Shown: in pieces, positions 9,548 to 19,696 of the stretch
Layout: each line of letters opens with the position of its first letter
Position numbering within the stretch: position 1 is the first letter of the stretch
DNA from: Dehalococcoidia bacterium
GTDB lineage: Bacteria > Chloroflexota > Dehalococcoidia > Lucifugimonadales > UBA3495
DNA length: 64,000 bases
Direction of reading: 5' to 3'
NCBI GenBank assembly: GCA_022450395.1
Contig: JAKUQE010000015.1
Location: forward strand, 377 to 64,376
Made by a program: the position numbers and the translations under genes
The notes under the pieces: generated by a model
Databases searched by the model: none
Seen by the model: only the letters and a program-made list of their open reading frames with translations
What the model was told of the DNA's origin: nothing

Positions 9548-10381
9548 CTAACCCCCCTTGAATCGACGCCCGAAGCTTCCGGCCAGTTCCGAGTCGCCTT
9601 GGAAGGTCAATCGGCCCTGAGCCATGGCATCTTCAGGGCTGAGCCTGCCGTACATAACCAACACGTAGGTCTCACCGTCGCATCGAAAGGTCACGTCAAC
9701 TGTGCCTGCACTGGCAGGCTCAACGTGGGTGCCCTGGGCGGCGACAACAATATCCTCGGTAGCCGTGATTGGCGTCTTCATTTCGAACCGGTAGCGAATC
9801 TGGCCGTCCACGGAGTCGTCAGGGCGGAAGGCTCGGCGTACGGCCCGGCCGACGGTGTCTATCAGCACGTTGACACTGTCGCGGGACAGGTGGTAATCGC
9901 CGTCGATGGTGGAACGGATATCCCAAACGTGCATCGTTAACTCGCTGATCCGCATATCCAACATTGTTCGCACCGGTTCGGGCCCCGGAGGCCAGTAGCA
10001 AGGCTTATCCCAGTCCTCCGGTCCAACGGTGTTGAACACCTGGACAGACTCGTCGAGTCGTTGAATCAAAGATTCTAGCAAGTTTTCGCCGAATCGTTCC
10101 CGATTCGACAAAGCCCGTTGGAAGATGTTTTCGGCGAAGCGGTCTTCGTCGTGGTCTTCCACCGGTGGGGCGCCTTCCGGTGGCGAGGCATCGCCTCCCA
10201 ATCCCCTGGTAACTCGAGACGCAAAGTCCTGCCCGTTCAAGTGGGCAACCACGTCGGCCACCGTCCAACCCACGCAGGCGCTGGGCTGGTTCCAGGCTTC
10301 GGCGGGGAGGGAGCTCAAGTAGGTCTTGAACGCTTCCACTTCCGCCTGAAGAACGACGACCCGTTGCTCCGGTGTGACCAT
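9548..10381 (-). CDS. MDMPI/DinB-family (maleylpyruvate isomerase-like) protein with SCP2-like C-terminus
   Basis: PSACVGWTVADVVAHL, ELTMHVWDI, YGRL...GRLTFQGD. Confidence 0.85.
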   Translation of the reverse strand: MVTPEQRVVVLQAEVEAFKTYLSSLPAEAWNQPSACVGWTVADVVAHLNGQDFASRVTRGLGGDASPPEGAPPVEDHDEDRFAENIFQRALSNRERFGENLLESLIQRLDESVQVFNTVGPEDWDKPCYWPPGPEPVRTMLDMRISELTMHVWDIRSTIDGDYHLSRDSVNVLIDTVGRAVRRAFRPDDSVDGQIRYRFEMKTPITATEDIVVAAQGTHVEPASAGTVDVTFRCDGETYVLVMYGRLSPEDAMAQGRLTFQGDSELAGSFGRRFKGG

Positions 10382-10427
10382 TGCTCCTCCTTGAATATTT
10401 GAATGGGTCGAGGCCCGAAAGGCTGCT

Positions 10428-11654
10428 CTAAATCACGCCGATTTCCTTTAGGCCGGCCAGATCTGATTCGTCCAGCCCCAGAAGCTTGGAGAAGATTTCC
10501 CCGTTGTGCATCCCCAAGGTTGGCGCGCCTGCCATCTCCGGTAGAGGTCCTCCCGAAAAGATCACCGGAAAGCCTGAAGCAACGCCCTTTACCGGTTCGG
10601 GCAATCCGGCGTGGCGCAAGGGGACCAGGCTGCCCCGGTCCCAGAAGTGCGGATCGTTCATCACTTGTTCAGCGGTGCGCACTTGGGCGCAGGGCACATC
10701 ATGGCTCTCAAGGCGATTCAGGGCTTCTTCCAGCGTAAACTCGCCGATGATTGCCTGGATCTGCTGCCGGGCTTCCTCCACGTTGGCCGTGCGGGTTACG
10801 AAACTTTCAAAGCGGGGGTCCTCCAAGAATTGGGGGGCGTCCAACGCCCGGGCCAGTCTGGCCCATTGATCGTCGCTGGTGACGGTCAGGGAAACGTCCC
10901 CGTCGCTGGCGTGATATAGACCGGTGGGGCCGTTGCGACTGATGTTGCCGGTGCGCAGCGGCTGGCCGTACTCGATGTTTTCCTCCAGATTCTCCATGAA
11001 CATGAGAGACACCAGGGTATCCATCATGGAAACGTCCAGGTACTGGCCTTGGCCGGTACGGTCTTTTTCCCGGAGGGCGGCCAGGATGGAGTAGCAGGCA
11101 AACAGGGGAGTGACCAGGTCGCCGATGTAAAATCCGACTCTGGTGGGCGGTCCATCAGCGTCTCCGTTGATGTCCATGAGGCCGCTCATCCCTTGAATCT
11201 GGGGGTCGTGAGCCGGTTTGGCGGAGTAAGGACCGGTTTGTCCGTAACCGGATATGGAGGCGTAGACGATGCCTGGGTTAACCTGGGAAAGCTCTTCATA
11301 GCCCAGTCCCAAGCGCCGCATCGAGCCTGGAGCCAGGTTTTCTAGGACCACGTCGCAAGACTTGGCGAGTTCAAGAAACATGTCCTTGCCCTGGGGATGC
11401 TTCAGGTCCAAGGTCACGCTCTTAACTCCCTGAGCCCGCTTGAGAAAACGAGTCGAAAGGTCATTGCTGTTCTGGGGCTCGTCGTGCCAGCCGTCGGCCC
11501 CGGCAAAGGGACCGTTTCCCCGCACCGGGTCGCCCCTCCCGGGAATCTCCACCCTGATGACTTCCGCGCCCAAACGGGCCAGGTTCATGGCGCAGAACGG
11601 CCCCGCCAGGTAAACGGTGACGCTAAGGACCCTGATGCCTTTTAAAGGCTGCAT
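10428..11654 (-). CDS. Class III CoA-transferase (CaiB/BaiF)
   Basis: PLKGIRVL, AGPF, GAEVIRVE, SVTLDLK, ISGYGQTGP, APTLGMHN. Confidence 0.92.
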   Translation of the reverse strand: MQPLKGIRVLSVTVYLAGPFCAMNLARLGAEVIRVEIPGRGDPVRGNGPFAGADGWHDEPQNSNDLSTRFLKRAQGVKSVTLDLKHPQGKDMFLELAKSCDVVLENLAPGSMRRLGLGYEELSQVNPGIVYASISGYGQTGPYSAKPAHDPQIQGMSGLMDINGDADGPPTRVGFYIGDLVTPLFACYSILAALREKDRTGQGQYLDVSMMDTLVSLMFMENLEENIEYGQPLRTGNISRNGPTGLYHASDGDVSLTVTSDDQWARLARALDAPQFLEDPRFESFVTRTANVEEARQQIQAIIGEFTLEEALNRLESHDVPCAQVRTAEQVMNDPHFWDRGSLVPLRHAGLPEPVKGVASGFPVIFSGGPLPEMAGAPTLGMHNGEIFSKLLGLDESDLAGLKEIGVI

Positions 11655-11882
11655 ATTTCTTCCTCGAGAACAGTGTGACGGCGGTTGACCTGAACCCATG
11701 TGGGTGTAAACTAGGGCCGTGCAGGAGACTGGCTGGATTTCAGGAGAGCCGGTATCTCCTACGAGCCCACGGTATCACGTTGAGTCACCGGCACACAATT
11801 TCCTGACCGTGGGCCAGATTTACCGCTATACAAGGAAAGACACAAGCGTCGTACCTTTTGCGGCCGGCTTATGGGGCCCATC

Positions 11883-11982
11883 CGTCGTTCCCGCGCAGGC
11901 GGGAATCCAGAGGACACTGAAGAAAGACCGCATCGACCGGAATAGCGGACATTACTGGATTCCGGCCTTCGCCGGAATGACG
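11883..11982. repeat. REP-like inverted pair (GTCGTTCCCGCGCAGGCGGGAATCCAG...CTGGATTCCGGCCTTCGCCGGAATGAC)
   Basis: Inverted arms with ATTCC-N-GGAAT cores in the spacer between divergent genes. Confidence 0.75.
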
Positions 11983-12044
11983 AAAGCCTGTTCGATATGC
12001 GATCTGGTTCATAGATTGAAAGTCTCATACAGGAGTTCAGCGCT

Positions 12045-12251
12045 ATGGCAACTTCACCAGGAGACATGGTAACGCCCGAAGAGTTCAAGCTCATGAGCGA
12101 CCGGGCCGGGCTTGGCATGAGCCAGCAAGAGTTGGACGAGTTGAAGCCTTTGTACGACATGTACTCCCAGTACATTCAGCAACTGCACTCCATCGATTTG
12201 CAAGCCGAAGAGATCGGCTTGAACTTCCACCCCGAATGGCCGTCTGCTTGA
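12045..12251 (+). CDS. Small GatC/AtzG-like protein
   Basis: 68 aa acidic helical ORF with AGGAG RBS directly upstream of an amidase; RAGLGMSQQELDEL resembles the GatC-like pattern. Confidence 0.65.
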   Translation: MATSPGDMVTPEEFKLMSDRAGLGMSQQELDELKPLYDMYSQYIQQLHSIDLQAEEIGLNFHPEWPSA

Positions 12252-12301
12252 TTCGCCGGTTGGCTACTTGAACCCATATTGAATGCCGAATATACCGAGG
12301 G

Positions 12302-13717
12302 GTGGCAAAAATGACGACCTCCCAAACTAACCTTTATCATCTCACCATCAGAGAGGCGGCCGGGTTACTGAAAAGCGGACAACTGTCTCCGGTGGAATTG
12401 ACCCAAGCGTTCCTAGACCGCATCGCGGCCACCGACGACCGGCTGCACTCCTACATCATCGTATTGAAAGAACAGGCTCTAGACGACGCCCGGCTTGCCG
12501 AAGCGGAGATACGCCGTGGCGACTACAAGGGACCGTTGCACGGGATCCCCTTCGCCCTGAAAGACCTCTACGACACCGCCGGGGTTACGACCACGGCCGG
12601 ATCAAAGGTGTATATCGACCGGGTCCCCACGGAGGATGCCACCACCACGGCGCGGCTGAAATCCGCCGGAGGCATTCTCTTAGGCAAGCTGGCGATGCAC
12701 GAGTTCGCTCTGGGCGGGCCCGACTTCACCACGCCCTTCCCTCCGGCCCGCAACCCCTGGAACCTGGACCATATCACTGGAGGCTCCAGTAGCGGCTCTG
12801 GGTCTGCCGTGGCTTCGGGCCAGGCGATGGCCGCGCTGGGGTCATGCACCGGCGGGTCGATCCGCGGGCCGGCTTCCCTGTGTGGCATCGTTGGGTTGAA
12901 GGCAACCTATGGCAGGGTCAGCCGGGCGGGGGTGGTGACTCTAAGTTGGTCCCAGGACCATTGCGGTCCCATGACCTGGACGGTGGAAGATACGGCATAC
13001 ATGATGCAGGCGCTGGCCGGGTACGACCCCAAAGACCCCACCACCAGCACCGCCCCGGTGCCGGACTATTCGCTATCGCTAAGGGAAGACATCAAGGGGC
13101 TGACTATCGGCGTACCCCGCCACTTCTTCTTCGCTCCCCACGAGAACGTGAACCCGGAGGTCGTCGCCACGGTGGAAAAGGGTCTGAAGGTGCTGGAAGG
13201 TCTGGGGGCTAACCTCCAGGAAGTGACCATACCCAGCCTGGAATACGTGCGGGCGGCTAACTCAATCATCATGCTCAGCGAAGCCTTCGCCTTTCACGAG
13301 AAAAATCTGCGGACACGGCCACAGGACTTCGGCGAGATGGTGCGCGCCCGATTCCGTATCGGCGGAATGTTCAGCGCCAGCGACTACGTACAGTCCCAGC
13401 GGGTCAGAAAGCTGGTCAACCGGGAGTTCGCCGCAGTTCTACGAAAAGTAGATGTTCTAGTTACGCCAACCATGACCCAACCGGCGGCGGCTTTCGAGGG
13501 CTACGATGCTACCAGCACGGTCAGGGGTCCCAGCTTTACCGCTCCCTTCAACCTGACGGGTCTCCCAGCCATCTCCGTCCCCTGCGGCTTCACGGCGTCC
13601 GGCCTGCCCGTTGGGATGCAGATCGCCGGCAAACCCTTCGACGAGCCCGGAGTCATCCGCGCCGCCTACGCCTACCAGCAAGAAGCCCGTTGGTTTGAGC
13701 AGCGCCCGTCGATCTAA
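12302..13717 (+). CDS. Amidase (GatA/AtzE-like)
   Basis: GPLHGIPFALKD, GKLAMHEFA, GGSSSGS, GSCTGGSIRGPA. Confidence 0.92.
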   Translation: MAKMTTSQTNLYHLTIREAAGLLKSGQLSPVELTQAFLDRIAATDDRLHSYIIVLKEQALDDARLAEAEIRRGDYKGPLHGIPFALKDLYDTAGVTTTAGSKVYIDRVPTEDATTTARLKSAGGILLGKLAMHEFALGGPDFTTPFPPARNPWNLDHITGGSSSGSGSAVASGQAMAALGSCTGGSIRGPASLCGIVGLKATYGRVSRAGVVTLSWSQDHCGPMTWTVEDTAYMMQALAGYDPKDPTTSTAPVPDYSLSLREDIKGLTIGVPRHFFFAPHENVNPEVVATVEKGLKVLEGLGANLQEVTIPSLEYVRAANSIIMLSEAFAFHEKNLRTRPQDFGEMVRARFRIGGMFSASDYVQSQRVRKLVNREFAAVLRKVDVLVTPTMTQPAAAFEGYDATSTVRGPSFTAPFNLTGLPAISVPCGFTASGLPVGMQIAGKPFDEPGVIRAAYAYQQEARWFEQRPSI

Positions 13718-13734
13718 GTTTGAGCCATCTAGAT

Positions 13735-13791
13735 AGCCACAGAGACACAGAGAGCACGGAGAAAATAAAAAAGCCTCTGTGCTCTCTGTGG
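13735..13791. repeat. Palindromic REP-like element (GCCACAGAG...CTCTGTGGC), possibly also a terminator between convergent genes
   Basis: Inverted repeat; related copy at 17228-17307. Confidence 0.7.
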
Positions 13792-13812
13792 CGCGTCTAC
13801 CGGTATGCCGGT

Positions 13813-15000
13813 CTAGAAGCTGGGCAGTGGTGGCGTGGGTTGTTTTAGGACCCGGGGGACCTTGGCGGGTGGCGGTGTGTTGCGGCTGCGGACCACTCTG
13901 ATCTCGCCGTCTATGATCACAACTCCGATTCCGGGAACGTCGCCGTTCTCCATGGCGGAAAACAGGTCGTTCCGGGTCGAGCCGTTGGGAGCGTCGGCGA
14001 TGAGCAAGTCGGCGTCTTTGCCTGGAGCGATGATTCCCGAGTTCAATCCCCAGGCCTTCGAGTTGTTGCCGGTGGCCAAACACAATGCCGTGGCGGCCGG
14101 GATGCCTCCCAAAGAAGACAGCTCGGTGACCGTTTTGATCACCCCAAGTGGCATCATGCCCGTGCCTGTTGGAGTGTCGCTACCGACTACTACCCGTTCC
14201 ATCGCTTCGTGTTCTTGAGCCAAGCCCAAGATGAAGAGGGATGAGCGAAGGTTTCCCGCCTGTACCAGTTGCAGATATAGGCCGGTCTCCGCCACCAAGC
14301 TGCGCAGTCCGTCATTGTCCAGAGAAGTCGGCCCTCCATTGACGTGGCCGCAGATGTCGGGTTTGAGGCGTAGCAGATGCTCCGCCGAGATGGCGGTGCT
14401 GCCGGGGATGGATGCGCCGCCGCTGTGGCACATGACTTTAAGACCGTGCTTCTGGGCCCACCTGATCTGGGGTTCGCCGTCGTAGGGGTCCCGGTAGTTA
14501 CCGAAACCGAATTTGGCCAGCCAGATACCTTCCGCCGCTAACTCTTCAAAGTCTTTCTCTTCCAATGTGGGCTCAAGCACCACGGCTCCGGCGTGGACCT
14601 TAGCCCCGTCGGGATGCAAGACGGAATAGGATCGCTGGGCGATGATTGCCAGGGCTTTTACTCCGGCGGCGTCGTTGGGCCGTCCTGGTGTGTGTATCTC
14701 CCCTGCCGAGATCATGCTGGTGACGCCGCCATGAACATAGCTGCCGATGAAGTCCACCACTTTCTGCCGAGGCTGATAATCGCCGATGGCGACGTGGAAA
14801 TGGGAGTCGATCAGGCCGGGCAGGACGGTGGCGCCGGAAGCGTCGATAACGGTGTCGGCGTTGTTGGCGTTCAACTGGTCCGATCCGCCGATGGCGCTGA
14901 TCTTCCCATCCTCCACCAGCACGCAATCACCGTCGAGGACCGGTTGGGCCAGATCTCCCGACGCTATGGCGCCGATGTTGATGACGGCCAAACTGGCCAT
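13813..15000 (-). CDS. Enamidase-like metal-dependent amidohydrolase
   Basis: PGLIDSHFH, GVTSMISAGEIHTPGRP, HSGGASIPGS, HVNGGPT, GSDTPTGTG, resembling the enamidase family. Confidence 0.8.
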   Translation of the reverse strand: MASLAVINIGAIASGDLAQPVLDGDCVLVEDGKISAIGGSDQLNANNADTVIDASGATVLPGLIDSHFHVAIGDYQPRQKVVDFIGSYVHGGVTSMISAGEIHTPGRPNDAAGVKALAIIAQRSYSVLHPDGAKVHAGAVVLEPTLEEKDFEELAAEGIWLAKFGFGNYRDPYDGEPQIRWAQKHGLKVMCHSGGASIPGSTAISAEHLLRLKPDICGHVNGGPTSLDNDGLRSLVAETGLYLQLVQAGNLRSSLFILGLAQEHEAMERVVVGSDTPTGTGMMPLGVIKTVTELSSLGGIPAATALCLATGNNSKAWGLNSGIIAPGKDADLLIADAPNGSTRNDLFSAMENGDVPGIGVVIIDGEIRVVRSRNTPPPAKVPRVLKQPTPPLPSF

Positions 15001-15024
15001 AGGGTGAACCTCCGGTGGATTGGG

Positions 15025-15378
15025 CTACTTGCGATAATAGCGGACTTCAAAAGTGGTGCAGCCAATGGGAGAGATGTAGGGGCCGTGGGGCATTCCGGGA
15101 GGGCGGCAAGCGTACATCCCGGCGGTGAAGGTGGTACTGATTGATTTATCGTGCAGTTCGCCCTCTAGGATGAACACCTCTTCCCAGAAATCGTGGAAGA
15201 TCACTTCGGAGGTCTCGACGCCAGGGGGGAACTTCAGCATTCTGGTGGAGACTCCGGCTTCTTCGTCCCAGTTGAGGATCTTCTCCACCATTCCCTCGGC
15301 GGCCGCACCTGAGCCGGCTTCCACGGGGGTCCACGAGACGGCTTCGTGGTTGAAAAACTCGTACTCGGCTTTAGGCAC
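15025..15378 (-). CDS. Cupin (ChrR-like) protein
   Basis: HDFWEEVFILEG, GMYACRPPGMPHGP; GTG start with AGGAGG RBS. Confidence 0.85.
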   Translation of the reverse strand: MPKAEYEFFNHEAVSWTPVEAGSGAAAEGMVEKILNWDEEAGVSTRMLKFPPGVETSEVIFHDFWEEVFILEGELHDKSISTTFTAGMYACRPPGMPHGPYISPIGCTTFEVRYYRK

Positions 15379-15436
15379 CCTAGGTCCTCCTTGTCTTATT
15401 ACTGCGTCAAGTTGATTTTGTTGGATACTCGGGAAA

Positions 15437-15715
15437 TGTCATGTTGAGCCAGCCACAGCGGCGAAGCATCTGGGGTGGGCGTCCCCTCCTCCTCCCCAGA
15501 TTCCTCCCTACGGTCGGAATTATTCACGCTGGTTGGCACCAGCACCACCGCCCACGAAAAGGGGCGAATCGTGTCACTCCGATCCTAGCGAGGAGTCTCA
15601 TGCCTGGTTGTAGAGGTCACCTGAGAGCCCTCGCCGCCCTTCCGCCGAAGGGCTGGTGTCGGAATGACGAAGTGTGCGGCCGAAGGTTGGCAATTCTATT
15701 TTCGGAGCAATGACA
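15437..15715 (+). repeat. ~280 bp composite palindromic element (MITE/BIME-like), copy 1
   Basis: TGTCAT...ATGACA ends; ~15500-15715 matches 25245-25498 in reverse orientation. Confidence 0.8.
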
Positions 15716-15741
15716 TTAGTCCCTTTTAGCTGCCTCGAGGC

Positions 15742-17145
15742 CTAGCCGATCGGCGGACGCCGGTTGTGCCAATCGGTGTTTTGCTCGTAAGCGTAGGCCA
15801 CGTTGAGGACGGTCTGTTCCGCGAAGGGTTTGCCGCCGATCTGCAGGCCGATGGGCAGATTATCCGAGGTGAAGCCGCAGTTGATACTCACCGCCGGGGA
15901 ACTGGCCAGGCTGAAAGTCGTGGTCATGCCGGCACGGTTCCGGGTGGTTTTCTCCATGGAATCGATGACCGGGTCCGGTTCGACCTTGGGCGCGGCGACA
16001 CCCATCGTCGGCATCAGCAGTACGTCCACTCCGTTCAGCGCTTCCAGTACATGCTGGCGCAGCAACGCCCGTAGCTTCAACCCTTTATAGTAGGCCAGCG
16101 CCGGCGTGATACTCCATGTGAGGTAGGCGATGCGGTTGTCGTGTTCGATCTCTTGTAAACGGTTCCGGATCAGGTCCCGGTAGTTGGTCGGGGCCTCCAC
16201 CCTTAAGATCGTGGAGATGGTGTTGGAGTGGCTGGCTAGAGGTATGGATACCTCTTCCACGTCCGCGCCCAACTCCGCCAGAGAATTGGCGGCGCGGGAC
16301 ACGGCGTCCCGGATCTCGGGGTCCACTAGGTCAGTGTGCAGCAACTCTTTCAGTATGCCTATCTTGGTGCCCCGAACGTCGGGGTTCAACGCGCCACGGT
16401 AATCGGGCACGGGCACGTCCCAGGTGTAGGAGTCGTTGGGATCGCGGCCGGCGATGGCCTGCAGGGTCAAGGCGCAGTCTTCCACGGTCCGTGAGATGGG
16501 GCCCACGGTATCCATGGACCACATTCCCGGCCTCAACCCATACCGGCTGACCCTGCCCCAGGTGGGGCGGAGGCCGACTAAGCCGCACCAGGCGGCGGGG
16601 CCACGCACCGACCCCCCGGTGTCTTCGCCCAGGGACGTGGCGCACATGAAGGCGGCAGTGGCGCCCCCGGAACCGCTGCTGGAGCCGCCGGTAAACCGGC
16701 TTGGGTCCCAGGGATTGCGGGCCGTGTCGAAGGCGTGGGACAGGCTGGTGGTGCCGAATTCGGTCATGTTGAGCTTGCCCAGCAGGATCGCGCCCGCGGA
16801 TTTCAGGTTGGCCATCACCGTGGCGTCTTCGTCGGGTACAAAGTCCTTGAAGATTGGCGTGCCGGTGGTAGTGCGGATCCCCGCGGTGTTGATCTGGTCC
16901 TTGACCGCCACCGGAATGCCGTGCATGGGGCCCTTATACTCGCCCCGGTCCAAAGCCTGCTCCGATTCCCGGGCTGCCTGCAACGCTTCGTCGCGGCAGA
17001 CGGTTAAATAGGCATACAATGTACCGTTCAGGCTATCGATGCGGTCCAGGTAGGCTTCCACCGCCTCCACTGGTGATACCGTCCGATTCTTGATAAGCTC
17101 GGACAGTTGAACCACGGTTAGAAATGGAATATCCGCTTTATCCAT
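15742..17145 (-). CDS. Amidase signature family protein
   Basis: GPMHGIPVAVKD, GGSSSGSG, GEDTGGSVRGPA. Confidence 0.92.
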   Translation of the reverse strand: MDKADIPFLTVVQLSELIKNRTVSPVEAVEAYLDRIDSLNGTLYAYLTVCRDEALQAARESEQALDRGEYKGPMHGIPVAVKDQINTAGIRTTTGTPIFKDFVPDEDATVMANLKSAGAILLGKLNMTEFGTTSLSHAFDTARNPWDPSRFTGGSSSGSGGATAAFMCATSLGEDTGGSVRGPAAWCGLVGLRPTWGRVSRYGLRPGMWSMDTVGPISRTVEDCALTLQAIAGRDPNDSYTWDVPVPDYRGALNPDVRGTKIGILKELLHTDLVDPEIRDAVSRAANSLAELGADVEEVSIPLASHSNTISTILRVEAPTNYRDLIRNRLQEIEHDNRIAYLTWSITPALAYYKGLKLRALLRQHVLEALNGVDVLLMPTMGVAAPKVEPDPVIDSMEKTTRNRAGMTTTFSLASSPAVSINCGFTSDNLPIGLQIGGKPFAEQTVLNVAYAYEQNTDWHNRRPPIG

Positions 17146-17227
17146 GGAAAGCCTCTCGACGAAGAGTTTCGGAACATCGCCCAGTATGCGCCTGGGAATC
17201 TGTCGGCGCAAGACGGTGGTCAAGACC

Positions 17228-17307
17228 TCACCACAGAGCCCGCAGAGAACACGGAGCTAAAAGTTTTTCGGCCTAGTTTCTCTGTTATCTCTGTGCCCTC
17301 TGTGGTG
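17228..17307. repeat. Palindromic REP-like element (CACCACAGAG...CTCTGTGGTG)
   Basis: Inverted arms; same family as 13735-13791. Confidence 0.7.
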
Positions 17308-17338
17308 AAATTAAGATTTGCACTACAAGGAATTTGAA

Positions 17339-18256
17339 ATGAAAGTCGGCGTGAACCTTATTAACTTTGGACCGGGCGCCAGCCCCGATTCCATCAAGCG
17401 CTGGGCGCAGCTCACCGAGTCCCTGGGCTATCATCTGCTGATGACTTCCGACCATATCGGTATCACGCCGGATGTCCAGGGTCGCTATCCGGCCCCATTT
17501 TACGAACCGGTGTCCACCCTGGCCTGGCTTGCCGGTATCACGTCTACCATTGAGATCGGGACGACGGTCTTGATCGTGCCATACCGCAGCGCGTTGGAGA
17601 TCGCCAAGTCTTTCGCCAACATCGATCAGTTCAGCGGCGGGCGGGTTATCCTGGGCGTCGGTATCGGCTGGGCACAAGAGGAGTTTGCCGGGTTGGGGGT
17701 GGAATACAAGAGAAGAGGGGCCATCACCAACGAATACCTGGAAGCCATCAAACTTCTGTGGACTCAAGACCGGGCCTCCTACGAAGGCCGGTATGTGTCG
17801 TTCAAGGACGTGGACACTGCGCCCCGGCCCTTCCGCTCGCCCCATATCCCGATCTGGGTGGGCGGTCCCAGCGACGCCGCCCTGCGCCGCGCCGTCCGCT
17901 ACGGCGATGCCTGGCATCCGATCCGGATGCGCATGGACTGGTTGAAGAACACCGGCATCCCCCGGCTCAATGAGATCGCCCAGGAGGAGAAACTTCCGGT
18001 ACCCGCGCTGTGCCCCAGAGTCAAACTGCACGTAACCGGTTCACCGATGCCTGAAGAGGAACGGGTGGTGGGCGAGGGCACCCTTGACCAGATACACCGC
18101 GACATGGCGGAGCTTGAAGCCTTGGGCTGCGACTACGTTCTGTTGGACACCTATCTGGACGACCCCGAGGCCCTAAGACATCCCGAAGATTCATGGAGAG
18201 TCTATGCGGAGATGGCAGAAAAGGTCCTGGACCTAGGAAACCAGACCGTCCGCTGA
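17339..18256 (+). CDS. LLM-class (probably F420-dependent) oxidoreductase
   Basis: SDHI, FYEP, GRVILGVGIGW..EEF, PIWVGG, RRAVRYGDAW. Confidence 0.88.
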   Translation: MKVGVNLINFGPGASPDSIKRWAQLTESLGYHLLMTSDHIGITPDVQGRYPAPFYEPVSTLAWLAGITSTIEIGTTVLIVPYRSALEIAKSFANIDQFSGGRVILGVGIGWAQEEFAGLGVEYKRRGAITNEYLEAIKLLWTQDRASYEGRYVSFKDVDTAPRPFRSPHIPIWVGGPSDAALRRAVRYGDAWHPIRMRMDWLKNTGIPRLNEIAQEEKLPVPALCPRVKLHVTGSPMPEEERVVGEGTLDQIHRDMAELEALGCDYVLLDTYLDDPEALRHPEDSWRVYAEMAEKVLDLGNQTVR

Positions 18257-18287
18257 CGGTTGGTTGGGCTTGTGGCTTTTCTGAACT

Positions 18288-19232
18288 TTATTCCGTGGAG
18301 AGAATATAAGGATTGCCCTGTGGCGGGCCGGTGACAACCTCTCCTACAACCCAATAAGGTCCCGGACAACTGGGAGGCAGGTGCCGAAGCACGTACTCTC
18401 CCAATTGTGAGGGATACGTTATTATGCCCCCGCCCATATGGACCTTTTCACCGACGCGAGCCACGATCACACCGGCCTCATTGAGAATCTGTACCCCATC
18501 GTCTTCGGTTGTCAGACTGAACCCTGGCGGCCATATGATCAAGTCACCGTCGGCAGACCCCGTGCGAAGACAGCCTTCGTCAAGCACCAACTCACCGTTG
18601 CCTCCTGCCAACATGTTCACCCTATCCCCTACGGTCGGCGGCTGTAGGATCAAGTAAATCTTGGAACCAAAGACCTGTAAAGACTTAGCTGAACTGACGA
18701 CGTCCCCGACGATCCAGTAAGGCCCGGTACAACCGGGAGGCAGTTGCCGAACCACGTATTCGTCAAGCCGATGCACGTACCCTATTTTACCCCCGCCCAT
18801 GTATACCTCTTCTCCCACCCGTGCTGCCACCTGACCGTCTCCGTTGAGGACCTGGATCCCATCGCCTTCGGTGTTCAACCTGAAATCAGGCGGCCACACG
18901 AGCAAATAGTCGGTGTTAGATCCACTAAAGCTGGCAATGCGAAGACAGCCCTCGATCACGGCCAATTCGCCGATGAGTTCTGCCGTCATGACCTCCCTTT
19001 CACCTTCCACGGGCTTTTGTTTGGGAAAGAAAATAGTGGGGCCGGATTCCGAGCCGGAGATTGGCTCGCCATCTGGCCCCTGTTGGGGGACTAAATCCGT
19101 AGGGCCTGGTTCCGCAATCGTCGTGGGCTTGCCGCCACAGGCTGCCACGGCGAGAGACACGCCGATGAATACCAGCCACACTTGCCATCTAGCCCTTGCG
19201 TGCCTATCGCGTCTAAATTTCAAATGTCGCAA
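18288..19232 (-). CDS. Putative lipoprotein with two tandem copies of a ~110 aa Cys-pair domain
   Basis: Hydrophobic stretch plus lipobox-like VAAC; repeated GCLR...WPP.F...ARVGE.V.MGGG...LPP.C.GPYW.VG.VV. Start codon uncertain. Confidence 0.75.
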   Translation of the reverse strand: MRHLKFRRDRHARARWQVWLVFIGVSLAVAACGGKPTTIAEPGPTDLVPQQGPDGEPISGSESGPTIFFPKQKPVEGEREVMTAELIGELAVIEGCLRIASFSGSNTDYLLVWPPDFRLNTEGDGIQVLNGDGQVAARVGEEVYMGGGKIGYVHRLDEYVVRQLPPGCTGPYWIVGDVVSSAKSLQVFGSKIYLILQPPTVGDRVNMLAGGNGELVLDEGCLRTGSADGDLIIWPPGFSLTTEDDGVQILNEAGVIVARVGEKVHMGGGIITYPSQLGEYVLRHLPPSCPGPYWVVGEVVTGPPQGNPYILSTE

Positions 19233-19696
19233 ACCGGATGGACCGCCTCAAGGTAATAGTTCGGCCGACATGGCATGTCTCCCACCCTTTGCCATATAGG
19301 GATCCTCCGAGACTTTAAGCCACATCCGCGGTTCAGGAAACGCCCGATATTAGCCACCCCGGAACCGTGTGTCTGCCAATGCGCGCATGTCGTTGATCCG
19401 TCATTGTTGTGACGCCGATAATGTCTACGCACAGGACCAATATGTATACGTTATGCTCACTTACTTTAGACTTCATTGCCCCATAAGCGGTTTTTCCATA
19501 AGGCCGTGGCCCACAGCGGCTTTGAAGTCTTTACGAGGCACGAAGACATCGCCCGCTTCATGGGACATCGGCGGTTTGATAAACCTGCCTGGGACCGAAT
19601 TCCCGTGGCACTATTGCCTCGCCTCAAGCGAGAGACGACACTGTGGACAACTGGGTCAATGATGATTTGACCCACTCTTATGAATCGTTAGGAACT

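Noticed and set aside
12302..13717. True gatA of the tRNA amidotransferase
   Set aside because: No gatB adjacent, and motifs (MHEFALG) fit catabolic amidases.
15441..15713. ORFs 15441-15713 (+) and 25277-25555 (-) as a paralogous small-protein family
   Set aside because: The similarity is explained by the palindromic DNA repeat; there is no RBS or protein-like composition.
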